Origin: Tubulanus polymorphus
Taxonomy: Eukaryota; Animalia; Nemertea
DNA length: 64,000 bases
Reading direction: 5' to 3'
NCBI RefSeq assembly: GCF_964204645.1
Contig: NC_134026.1
Span: 30,352,150 to 30,416,149 of the forward strand
Shown here in pieces: positions 52,728-64,000 of this stretch (position 1 is the stretch's first letter; each line of letters opens with the position of its first letter). The position numbers and the translations under genes were made by a program. Under the pieces are notes generated by a model. It did no database searches. It was not told the DNA's origin and worked only from the letters and a program-made list of their open reading frames with translations.

Positions 52728-55700
52728 GTAAGTTTCAGAAGATGTTTCTTTGAAACCTTTCTTCAAAATTCAAACGGCTTACTTAGAAAATTAGAGACGG
52801 TTTTAATCTAAAAGGCTATTTGATTTTTGAGGGGTGAAAATAATGATGACAGATATTTGAAAATTTTGTTCACAAAAACCGGGGGAATTTCATTTTGGGA
52901 AATGTCACATCAGTTACGTACATACGAGTTATTTATAGATAGCGTTTTGCGGGGATAGAATCTTTATCTTAACGGTTGACGTTACCAGGTAACTGTGTGT
53001 TCGTGTATCTAGTTTCTTTATCTTTGATCCGTTCTCCGAACCGCACGATGCGCTTTTATTCACATTGACAACACTAGAATTCGAAGCTGCACGTCGTTTA
53101 CCACAGGAACCGGAATTCATGCTCGGCTTTGATAATATTTATTACCTCCGGTTCGACACGGAGTCATCAGCAGTGAGTCTAATATATTTCTATATTCCGT
53201 ATAACAGCTAGCGATATTTCAAAGTGGCGCTATAGCAGTTTTATTGAGACGTCTGATTAGTCAGATGACCAAGTGTAGGATGTGCTGGCCGATCAATGTC
53301 CCTAAGCTATCAATTCAGAATTGTGTACCAGACGTGACCTCACAAACACATTCGTGTCTGAGATAGAGAAGATCATATCGACGCATTTTTACAGTGTAGA
53401 CGTTGTATGAAAGAATTTATGAATGAGTAAATAGATGAATGAAAATATCAGCTGCAGGTTTAAACCTCATACTGTGAGCTTTACAACTTTTACGTACTAC
53501 TGGCTTTCATTCATTACGGTTTACGGGCGTATTTTAAAGATTCTTCCTCAAAAACGTTAGATTTTGTGGTTGGTCTCATTTCAGACGGGATTTAAAGGGA
53601 TGATGATTGATGTCTGGTTTCTATCCCTGCTGGATTATAATCGATCGCCCTTAATGTTATTACTTATGGGTGAATAGAAAACAGACTCAATATAGGCCCC
53701 ACCCAGGCGGCCTCCACTCGTCCGTGATATATCGATGATTCAGGACCCAGTTCCACAGATGGAACTTTCATCTAGTGATTTCATATTCCTAAAGCTTTGA
53801 CTATAAGGATAAAGTCAACATCATGAATTAATCACTAGCTCAAGGAAACATTTCGGACTTCATGTTACATTCTTAGCTTATCATCGTTACACTCGTAGTG
53901 TTTCCTCAATGGTTACAGATTGAGAACTGAACGAACTCTGGATTCATAATTTTCAATTTTCAATTTGATAATATATATATATATATTCGTAATATAACTA
54001 CAGCCGATAGTTAATACGCCGTTCGCCAACGCGATGAAGATATTTTACTTGTCTATTCGATGGCTCTCAGTCACTAATGGCTTGTTATATACAATTAAAG
54101 CTCTTCCATCCATCTCCAACTCACATTTTATTGTCAATATATACCAAGTAACTGCTCTACTGAGTATAATAAAGCACAAATAAGTACTAATTATTCATAA
54201 CTGTATTGGTAATTTTTTCATTTGCTGGATTTTGTTTTGTTTTTCCTAAGCGTTTTACCGTCATTAGCTTTCGTAGTGGGAAATATTATCGACGAGGGAA
54301 TGCACTAAATGCTATATTAGGATAATACGAAAAATCTTTAGAACGCTCTGATAAGAGGATAGAAAGGAAAGAGATGAGGCAGAGGGGGAAGGGGGCAAGA
54401 GTTTGAAACTACCCTGTCATCACTTCAAGGATGGCGCGCGGTTAAAGGTTTAGAATGAGGAAAAAACATTTTCAGGGAAGTAGACATAGCTTCAACAAAT
54501 ATGTCTACATTGATAAGTTTACTGTTCAACAAAAGAAAATATTTGCGCAAAGCGCAGAAAAATTACCAGAAAAGAAAATATACTAAATATACAATACATT
54601 TATATTAAACATATAGAAGATGTTCTTTGCCGGCTTAATATCGTTAAGAATTTCATGGCAATGTTTTCTCGTGGCAAATTCAGATCAAACACTGCGAGAA
54701 AGATGGAATGTATGTAATACGTATTAATGTTTAATATTCTATAATTATAAACAGACTTCGACGCAATACAAGAATCAGATCGTTCTCCAGTGTTAACATA
54801 CACGCTACCGAAGCCTATAAAATCTTTTCGTTCGCTGCTTAAACAAGATCGACCGACGATACGAGAATTAGACACATCACAAGATTGATAGGGCTCTGAT
54901 AAAATACACCGTACAAACTGGCAAACAATTTGTTTTTTTTCCGAGGGCCGAGCAGTTTCGTCATACCGTTTCAAATAGAACCATATTCTTCAAAGATTTT
55001 CGTATGTGTTTGTGTTAAAGCAGTAAATGTAGAATTTCAAAGATTTCGTTTTGGGGAAATGAAGAAAAACGTGGGAAATATGAAATATGTATAGACGATT
55101 TTCATAACGCGACATTTTTTAGATTTTTCTCTAGAGTTACATGTGATTTTCTAGCCAGTCATGGACGCATTTCTCTCCGATTTAAGGAATGTCTGCAACT
55201 TTTCCCAATAACTATCAGTATCTGTACAGCCCGACTGTGTCGGCAATTATATCAGAAATTCCACTTGAAGGATCCCGGGTAACATAAATAATGTCATTGA
55301 AGGAGTTCTAGTTGAAACAGTGGCAATTAGATCTTCGTGTATCTTATCATAATTGTAACATGGCGTCTATCCCACACAGAGTATGACACACACACGCACA
55401 CGCTCTCGCATCTCAGACGTTACTAAGTCTTCTGAGGAGATTTTCGAAAAGGCGCGTCCTTCACTCATTTTATAGAGATTTGATTCACTTGATAAAACGC
55501 TTCCAATTTCGTGTCAATGATACTCAGTAGCAAATGAAATTTACATTGTTATCACTTATATGGATTTTTAGTTATCCTGAATTTGTTGGTGTTCAAATTG
55601 TGAATGCGAGTATTATATAATGACTAACTGGTAGAATACGGGTCGAAGGTGGAATCAAAACTGAAATAAACCTCCGTACACATCAGTATGCTATAAATCA

Positions 55701-55827
55701 GTTATGTTTAAAACTGAATTATAAAAAAGTAGTCAGAAAGTCTGTGAAAAAATAATATAGGCTTATCTTGAACGTGTGCGCGTGATAAGGGTGTGGGTGA
55801 GCTCGGACCTTCGTATCTAAGGCGCCC

Positions 55828-55882
55828 ACCTAAGTGAAGATTCGATCTCGGACCTCCGGTCTCGGAGGCGATCGTCCTACCC
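55828..55882 (-). mobile_element. tRNA-derived SINE head
   Basis: Minus strand GTGGCCGAAGGGTAGGACGATCGCCTCCGAGACCGGAGGTCCGAGATCGAATC. Confidence 0.45.
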
Positions 55883-58800
55883 TTCGGCCACGTTGACCGG
55901 TGTGACTTCTGACGTGCTCGACTGGAATTTATAGAATGGAATCTCCAGTGACGTCATTATTCATTTGAATGGGAATCTCCTCATGTATATGTCCCGCAAC
56001 TATTCATCCAGAACAGGACAACAACGATGGAAATACTGCTGCGATACCTTCATGACAACTCTGTATTAAACGCATCCTCGCCTGAAATAAACAGTAAATT
56101 CCATCTCAGAATTGCGTGACTCTAACATCGTTATTAGGATAGAAAACAGAGACTTGATCAAAATTTATTACGAAAAGCAAAGGCTATAAATTTGGCGGGA
56201 CGGTTTGATGTTAGGTCTCAAAACGGCAATTAAGTATATGTTAGGGATGAATAACCATTTTATTGCGTTTAATTAATGTTCGCATTAATTGCCATTTCCC
56301 CATTTCCAACTAACGGTATGAACTTGGACATGGAATCGGATTATATGATCTTCACGATGTAAAATAAACTGAGTAGATCTTACATAATTTGGTAAAGGTC
56401 ACATTAGATGATATTGATTGAGCAAATAGATTGTTCTGAATCTCGTCAGCAGGGACACTGATCCAGGGTGAAACTAGCTTCCAATAACGGGCTATAGCAT
56501 TTGATTGCACCCCGACCAGGCGGGTACCGGGGAGTTATATTTCACTTGAGGCTTTGCTGATTTGTGGATTGAGTAGAAAAAATGCTGGTGCAGTTTATAG
56601 TTCTGTACTTTTTAAAATTGACTTAATACGACAAAAATACGATGGGGGTTAATGTAATGACTTTCAGCATCTCAGTAGGGAAGATAATGAAATTACAAAA
56701 TGGTGCCATATATATTCAAAAGACGACTGTTTGAACATACCAGACCGTCGTAGAAAGATTATATTTCCAGGATTAATTCGTCGACACTGTAATAGATTGT
56801 ACCATCATGCCTCGTGAGCGTCTTTGATCAATTTGATATTAATTAAAAATCGTAGCATGTGATCGGTGCATGAGTTTATAAATAGAAATCAGCGAAGAGA
56901 CAGCGTCAGGTGTTTGTGTTTGTAGTTTCTACAAAAACTCCAGTGAATTTTGAAATTGTGCCGTAAAAACTGAAAAAGAATTGCTGAAAAACCAAACGTA
57001 TTATGCTAACATTGAGTTAAACAAAAACCATGGTAAATTCTACTGATCACACAGCTACGTCTGTATGTACTCGATTAGCGACTACAAATCAAACCGTGTG
57101 TTTCGTTCCCAGTAGGGTGTGACTGGTGTATTTATAAGGGACACCAAACAAGTATCAAATCAACCAAATAAATAAGAGGGCAAATCGTGTAAGGTGAATA
57201 TACGAAGGAAACGCCTGATGATGGCTGATAGTTTTTAGCCGAAAAGTTGCTCAAATTGATATATTACATTTCTATTCAAGAACGTTACATATTTGGCTGA
57301 ATTATTGTGGGATTTCTCTCGTAGGGACAATCTCTATTTCAAGATATGAAAAAATAACGTGAGTAACTACCAATGAATATATAAAATGTGAAGAAAAGTA
57401 TTCGAGAAGAGACGGACTAACACTAGGTAAACATTACTTCTTTGAACTGGATGCTTGAGCCAGTAGTCCAGACAAATCCAATGGGATATCAGTCCAATCG
57501 ATGACGCGCATGAACAAAAGTGGCAATCTTTTGGTTGATTACAGTAATCAAACCAATCTGATCGATAGCTCTACAGTCAGTAAGACAGTCAGTCTGCGGT
57601 GCGGTCAAGGCCGGTACTATTGTTTATATGCAATTTGCGAATATTAATGGTAAAGACTTAACAAAACGACCATAAACCGAACTCGTGCGAGGCATATATC
57701 ACAGGAAAACGTTCAGTTCAGCGGTTGTCTGATGTTCAGAATTTGTATTTTATATTGCACTGCTCCAGACGAGACAAGGTGCCATTTGCCGACGAAGAGG
57801 CCATTAGAAGACGTATGAGTCGAATATGGGATTATTCGCGGTGTTAGTAGTCAATTACTCATGGCTAGAATTATATATGAATATGAGTCAGAAATTGTAT
57901 CATTAACGATGATTTTTATGCGCAATAAACTTATCATTTCTACGTTGTTTTGTACTTGTTTCTACTCTGCACCGCGTTGACATGAAACGAACGTCTTTTG
58001 AGTACAAGATGTATTTTTTTCTGTTCTTGTTTGTCGCTTTTCGAATCAATTTATTCAACGTTTTTCGTATTAATCCGGTAGTCGAAGGGTGTAATATTTG
58101 CAACAAGTATTACCCGTTCGATAACGTTCCAAACGGCGGTAATGGATAGCATAACTGGATAGCGAATAGAAGTGGTCGTTGAGAGGTTACCCAGTCAGAC
58201 AACAACCAACAGTCACACTGTTAAACTGTGATGTATTGATATAGTTGTGGATGTGGAGTGGTTTACTTATCGCGCTAAAGCTTTCTCCGCGACAGTGATC
58301 AAATATACTTGTGCTCCAGAGTGTGTTTTTCCTAAGCATAATCTAAAGTATGTGTCTATGAATAATAAGATATGTCTAGAGATTGCGGGGAAAACGCGTC
58401 ACAAACAACCATGAACTTCATGTTCTAACAACTTTCCTCTAGTATGAAGAACGTTGGAAATTGCGTTCACGTCCTCTTTAGATGTCACACACGAAAGCTC
58501 ATGGTTATTTAGATAGATTCTAGATAAACGAGATGCACTATTCCTGAGTGCACAGTGAGACATCTATCCTCACGGAATGATGTTGTTTCTCGCTGAAACT
58601 GCTGACGGCAACACCATCTACTCACACTCGAACGTATCACCGACCGGGCAGCAGAAATAATAACCGATTTCTTATTTCTTATGCTATATATGTGTATATT
58701 TATTGGCGTGTATCTGAAATTATTCTATCATATTCACGGGGAAATATATCTGAAACGGAAACAAGGCATTAGGCAAAATGTCCACAATTTAATATAGCTT

Positions 58801-60321
58801 TGAGATACGTGTCTCCTGAATATGACATCCGACTATAGTTTTTGAGGGTGGGATCACATGGGCTTAATAGCTGGGCGGTCCAAAATCATATATTTACTAC
58901 AGTGCCTCAGATATAGAGAAAATAATATTATCTTTTGTGGCCGATCTAGACTACTAGTGGGTTTGGATCGAGTCCGCATCTGATCATTCTGTCTCATCAA
59001 ACTCGTATCGCCCTACACACTTTACTGTATCTCAACATCTTCCACCCACATTCATCATCAACCCCACGGTTTTGAAGTTAATGCCGGAAATTGAAACCCG
59101 GAACCTCAACCCTCTGAAGTCATTCTTGTAAGAAATATTACACATCATATTGTATTTGTTTGATACGTTTACTGTCGTCTAGAGTTTAAACAGTACATTA
59201 TAACGATCCATTTCACTGTATGATATTCTAGATCTATAGAATATCAAATGATTAAATACAATACAAACTACAAACATTTCGTGATGAGTTTACTGTGGTG
59301 CTTAATCACGATTACTTCACGCAATATTTGACAATAAAATCTCCGGCTCTGACCATAACGTAACTTGATGATCTTATTGTCAAACTGCAACAATTGCAGA
59401 GAATGTTGGTGCCTGGTGATTGAGTACTTTATAGCATAAGTTACTATGATCGTGAATCCAACAAAATCTGGATGAAAGAAAACAGAGGTCCCATACGAAC
59501 ATATTCGAGTCCTTGTTATCTAATAATTATGTAAATAATGGCGTTGTAATAAAGTAGAGACGTTGAATGAAATAAGTCCAAGGAAACATTTCGGACTGTA
59601 TTTTCCATTCTAATTGTGCGGTTTTATATAAAACCCTTCAATCTCATTACTGGATCACATTGAATTCACGTGTTTCATCTTGCCGTTAGTTGATACTATT
59701 ACATATCGTTCGGTGGAATTTTTAGGGATTCGTCCATTAATGTCAGAATCTCTAATAATGCGTGCGTATCGCATATTACACAAGTTTTATATTTTGTCCG
59801 TCACTTAGGACCCGGTTTTACATTTATCTCGAGACAGTCGAACCCAGGTTCAACAGTCTATCGTTAAATTTGATGCTAGAAGCAAATTAGTTAATTTCCT
59901 ATGCTTCACAACTCTCTGTCGATAATAGCTACACTTAAAAAATGCCAACCTAAATGTAATCACCAGTATTTCGGCGGCGCTAATTCTTCGCTTTAAAAAA
60001 GTGGCGTACAATGTGATAATTGTAACAATCCTCTTGTGAGGTTGGAATATATATAATATGCATATATGGCACATTCAATATTCAACATTATCAGCGTTAA
60101 TTGGCTGTGTGTGTGTGTGATAATTATAGATGGTACAGTTTCTATAGTTGCCATTCCCAGTTAAACCCGCTCGCTCTCTCTCACTCTCTCCCTGTTACCG
60201 CAACTCTTCCCCGGTTACTCGCTAGAGAGCAACTTTCATTCTGATTCGTGCAGTTGTACGGCGTCTTCAATCAAGGCCAGATCGTCGGTTTCCCTACGTA
60301 CTCGCTCGTTCTGTTATAGCC

Positions 60322-60391
60322 ATGGAAAACGTTGTTGGAAATTGGGTTTTTGATGATATGGAAAATATGGACGCGTTCATGAATGTCATAG
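60322..60391 (+). CDS. Additional FABP-type first coding exon (MENVVGNWVFDDMENMDAFMNVI-G)
   Basis: gccATGg context, 23 codons and 1 nt, donor GTAGGT; GxW and EN.D.FM..IG motifs. Confidence 0.8.
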
Positions 60392-62950
60392 GTAGGTCGC
60401 AAATACGTGGATAAAAGAAAATATTTTCTAACGCGACGATTTTGTCTAAGATTATTTTTGATAAATATCATAGGACGAGCCAGAGAGAAACCAATCTTTT
60501 TATCAAAAAATAAGATGATTATAATTTAATTTTTCTGTGAGAATGTTTTTAAAAATATCAGTGATCTTACTTCAAATGTCAGCGATCAAGAAGTTTTGAA
60601 TATCACATGTTATCCGAGTACGCTGTCATTTTCGCGCGTGGTTACCATGGTAGTAGAAACAAGAATCGGCAAAACAAAATCTTACGAAGAATCAGAACAA
60701 TCTTGTATACAACATTCAGCGGTCCGTTTCACTGCCATGGCTTAAATTTAGGACCAAAGCTCGTTTTGGTTCTGATCGTACAACCAATCTAACAACTGAA
60801 TCTCATGTTTCCTATCTCGCAACAAGACCAGTTTCAGCTCAGCTAACAACTTACGACCCAGTCTAAGCGTATTTGTTTCAATGGCCAATCTAAAGAACAA
60901 CTTCATCAGTCTCTTGCTTTACGACCAGTTTTGGACTAATGTCTTGCCTGTGCAGGGTCCACGGGCTGCTCCCATGTCCAGACATAAGTCCAGAAGTGGT
61001 CTTAAAATGTTAAGATTGGTCTCAAGTTTTTAGATTATAGAACTAAGATTGTATTTGGCTGGAATTAAGTGTAAACTATGTCCATGGAACTGGGTCCTGT
61101 GGGTTCTATGTGAGATTCTCTTTAAGAGAATCGTTTCTGAGTGTGATTACTGTAGAAATGCTTTGATCTATTCGCTTCGACTTTTGCCTCTGAAAGATAA
61201 TTGAAGCAAAACAGACGTATGCTAGTTAAAGCCATGTGACTAGTCGATAGATGTATGATTACTACTGTCAAGAGAGTTATTGCTTATCAATCTGATACAC
61301 AGAGGATTCCACGGCGGGAATATCGTTTATCGATCGTCTGCTATACTCATCGTCTAGACATCCCATATCTCCTCTCATCATTCTACCACTTCTACCACCT
61401 TGTTATCCTTATTCATTTACCGTTCACTACTATCATTTCATTGACTGCACATTGAAATAGATAAAGAAGTGCTATTAGTCTTACTCACCATGTTTTATTT
61501 ATGAAATCATACTATGTTAGGTCGAGAGGGTTACACAATTTCTGCGCAAGGTGAATAGGCCTACGTAATTAATCCCACAATAAGGACAGCAGAAGACGAA
61601 CATTTTTGTAGTAAATGCAGTAGTCATTTACGGCAGCACATTCTCGTGTTTTTGTAGACTTTTTGTGATTTTTTACTACGTGTTCATGTGGTACAATCAC
61701 GAGCGGGATGCTGTCATAAATTGAGCAATGATACTAGTCTAGTTTTATACAAGGGTAATCGGGGGGCTAACTTAATTGGAAAATGATACGAGTTGAGCCC
61801 CAGGTAAAAGTTTGTATAGGAGCCTATTACAACCGAAAGTTTAGAAGGAATCAGTGGTAGTATGCAAGCTTTAGGGCCGACTGGTTGTAAGTTTTGATTA
61901 CGAATTGCTTCATTAAGTTCACCACCGATCATCGATGTTTGAAAGCGCTCCGCTCGCGTATAGTATAGTAATAATAGTACGAGCAAAGGTGATAATACGT
62001 CTGAACGTACTGCGGCACGCGAGGAATGTAATAATTAACAGTACAAACATAATGTTCTGTCAATCATGCGTTATAGATTTATACTCAGTTATATGCTTGT
62101 TATATAAGAAAATTTATTTTCATATATATATCACCCACTATGAACTGTTTGTTCCATTCTCAAGATTCCAGAACCATGTTTAAATGTTCCGTCGCGTCCG
62201 GAAAACTCGGCATTAGTTGTACGTGTATCCTGCGCCATATAAATCGTCTTTCAGTTGTTTTCAATAAAGATTTAACATTATTTTTTCACCGTATCATATA
62301 AATTTCACGTGTATCGCACCCGTCCATTTTATCATCTAAAAACGGATTACAATAATACAAACACATTCTAAATACATTTAGTGAATAGTTTCTTTGAAAG
62401 TTAAGTTATTCTCGGCTGTAAGAATGTTATGATAGTTGGGATAATGTGAGAATTGATATTCTTGTGAAAGATTTCTCACAAAACCTACCACAAAGCACAA
62501 GTCATTTTTTGTTGGTTCGCATCGGGTATGCATTACAAAATCTTTCCTCATCTCAAGAGTGACAACACTAAATACTACAGCAGTGAACAGAATTGGATAT
62601 TCCCCAGTCAAATGTCTGGTAACCGAGGATACCAAACGCCCACGCACGCGGATGTCTGACTTCAATTTCCTTAAGATCTGTTAAGTGCATACGGTTATTG
62701 ACAATCGTCGTTGAAAATGTTCGATATCTTTTCGAAAAATTCACGACGACGCTTTTTTAGATCGCCTGATGATACAATACGGTCAACGATGAATCTAAAG
62801 GACTTTAAACAGCAGATATGTGACAGGCGTATGATTCACTGATATCTACAGACTATGAGAGATAAAGTTCCCTCTAGATATCGTTAATATTATTCACTAC
62901 ATTCAGAAATTACTTTACAGTCGGTTCAGTTTTGAGTGCAAAAATACAAC

Positions 62951-63762
62951 ATGGCTAGCGTTGTGGGCAAGTGGGAATTTGTTGAACATGAACAAATGGA
63001 TGAATTAGTCGCTGTTTTTCCTGAAAAGAAAGGTACATACATGATACACAGGCTCCTATTCAGCTTCTGAATGAAGCTTCTGAAATTTACACATTTGAGT
63101 GATGCGATTTTGTGTATAGATTTTAGGTAAAACGTAAAGGAGAATGAATAAACTCTGAAATGATTATTGTGATGAGGTTGAAGTTTATACTGAAGTATAG
63201 TGATGACTATTAGAATGTAGTTGAAACGTTGAATAAACTATACCAGCTCCAGGAAACATCTTCGGACTTTATATTATTTCTTTCGTTATTAATGCGGGAT
63301 TCTCTACATATCATCGCCACAACACGGATATAGATGGTTACCACCTATATAGAAGTAGAGTAAACCGCGCTTGCCACGGGTGTAATCTCGCACGGACCAA
63401 TACATTTCTTTCCGAGGAACGCGAATCCCGGGCAGTCGGAGCAGGGATAAGTCGTTTGAGAAAATGTATTTAGCCACGCGATAATCAGTTAACTGTAAAC
63501 TCACTGTTTACTGTAGATAACTTGGTGCGAGATTGAAAAGCATAAAAAATGATCATTGTTTGAAAGAATGTTCTGATTTATATTTTCAGGATTGAGCGAT
63601 GAAATGAGAGAAAAGGCTCGACAGTCTCAACCTAAATATGAAATAGAAAGAGATAATGATTATTGGATATTTAGAGCTATAATGGGTGACTTCAAACGGG
63701 AAACTAAATTCAAACTAGGCGAACCATTCCAGACATCAACTATTGATGGAAGAACCGTTACG
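62951..63762 (+). CDS. Fatty acid-binding protein (FABP family), exons 1-2; continues past window end
   Basis: Exon 62951-63032 MASVVGKWEFVEHEQMDELVAVFPEKK (GxW motif), phase-1 intron, then exon 63590-63762 ..PKYEIERDNDYWIFRAIMGDFKRETKFKLGEPFQTSTIDGRTVT with the FABP FKLGEEF..T.DGR signature. Confidence 0.88.
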
Positions 63763-64000
63763 GTGAGTAAATGAAATCCCCTATGGACACAGTTGCATCA
63801 GTTGTGACTTCAGTCTAGAAATGGTCTTTGATTACAAAACTGGTCTTAGGTTGTTAGATTGGTAATAGAAACAAGGTGGTGACTTTGCAACCGGTCCCTT
63901 AGATCTGAATCGATAGAATGGATGATTAAAACTGTAGAACTACAACGGAATACTTCTATGTTAAAACTAATACAGCGAATTTCTACTGAATTTCTTCTGA

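Overview
Eukaryotic, AT-rich, intron-rich invertebrate DNA with GT-AG introns; a lophotrochozoan-type animal is my guess. Six conserved genes can be built by hand: TRIM37 (-, 3' end outside window), head-to-head Ttd14 (+), NUDT9 (-), an SLC17 anion transporter (-), a centrin-like EF-hand protein (+) and an FABP locus (+, 3' end outside window). Repeats include MITEs, LINE and Penelope remnants, tRNA-like SINE heads and minisatellites. Three things stand out. (1) A ~13 kb island (30.1-44.2 kb), bracketed by the same composite repeat, holds a tandem array of an unrecognised ~100-nt exon (MSTKSD..LLKLVRAEVLTLD..SLG.F.DL) showing both a synonymous-substitution signature and a covarying RNA hairpin, interleaved with a repeated basic RRSPR..NY..G.GRPK module. 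(2) Three different FABP first coding exons lie upstream of a single visible exon 2. (3) Ttd14 has a pair of 129-nt duplicated, probably mutually exclusive exons. No CRISPR, rRNA or convincing tRNA genes. All models are manual and unverified by search.
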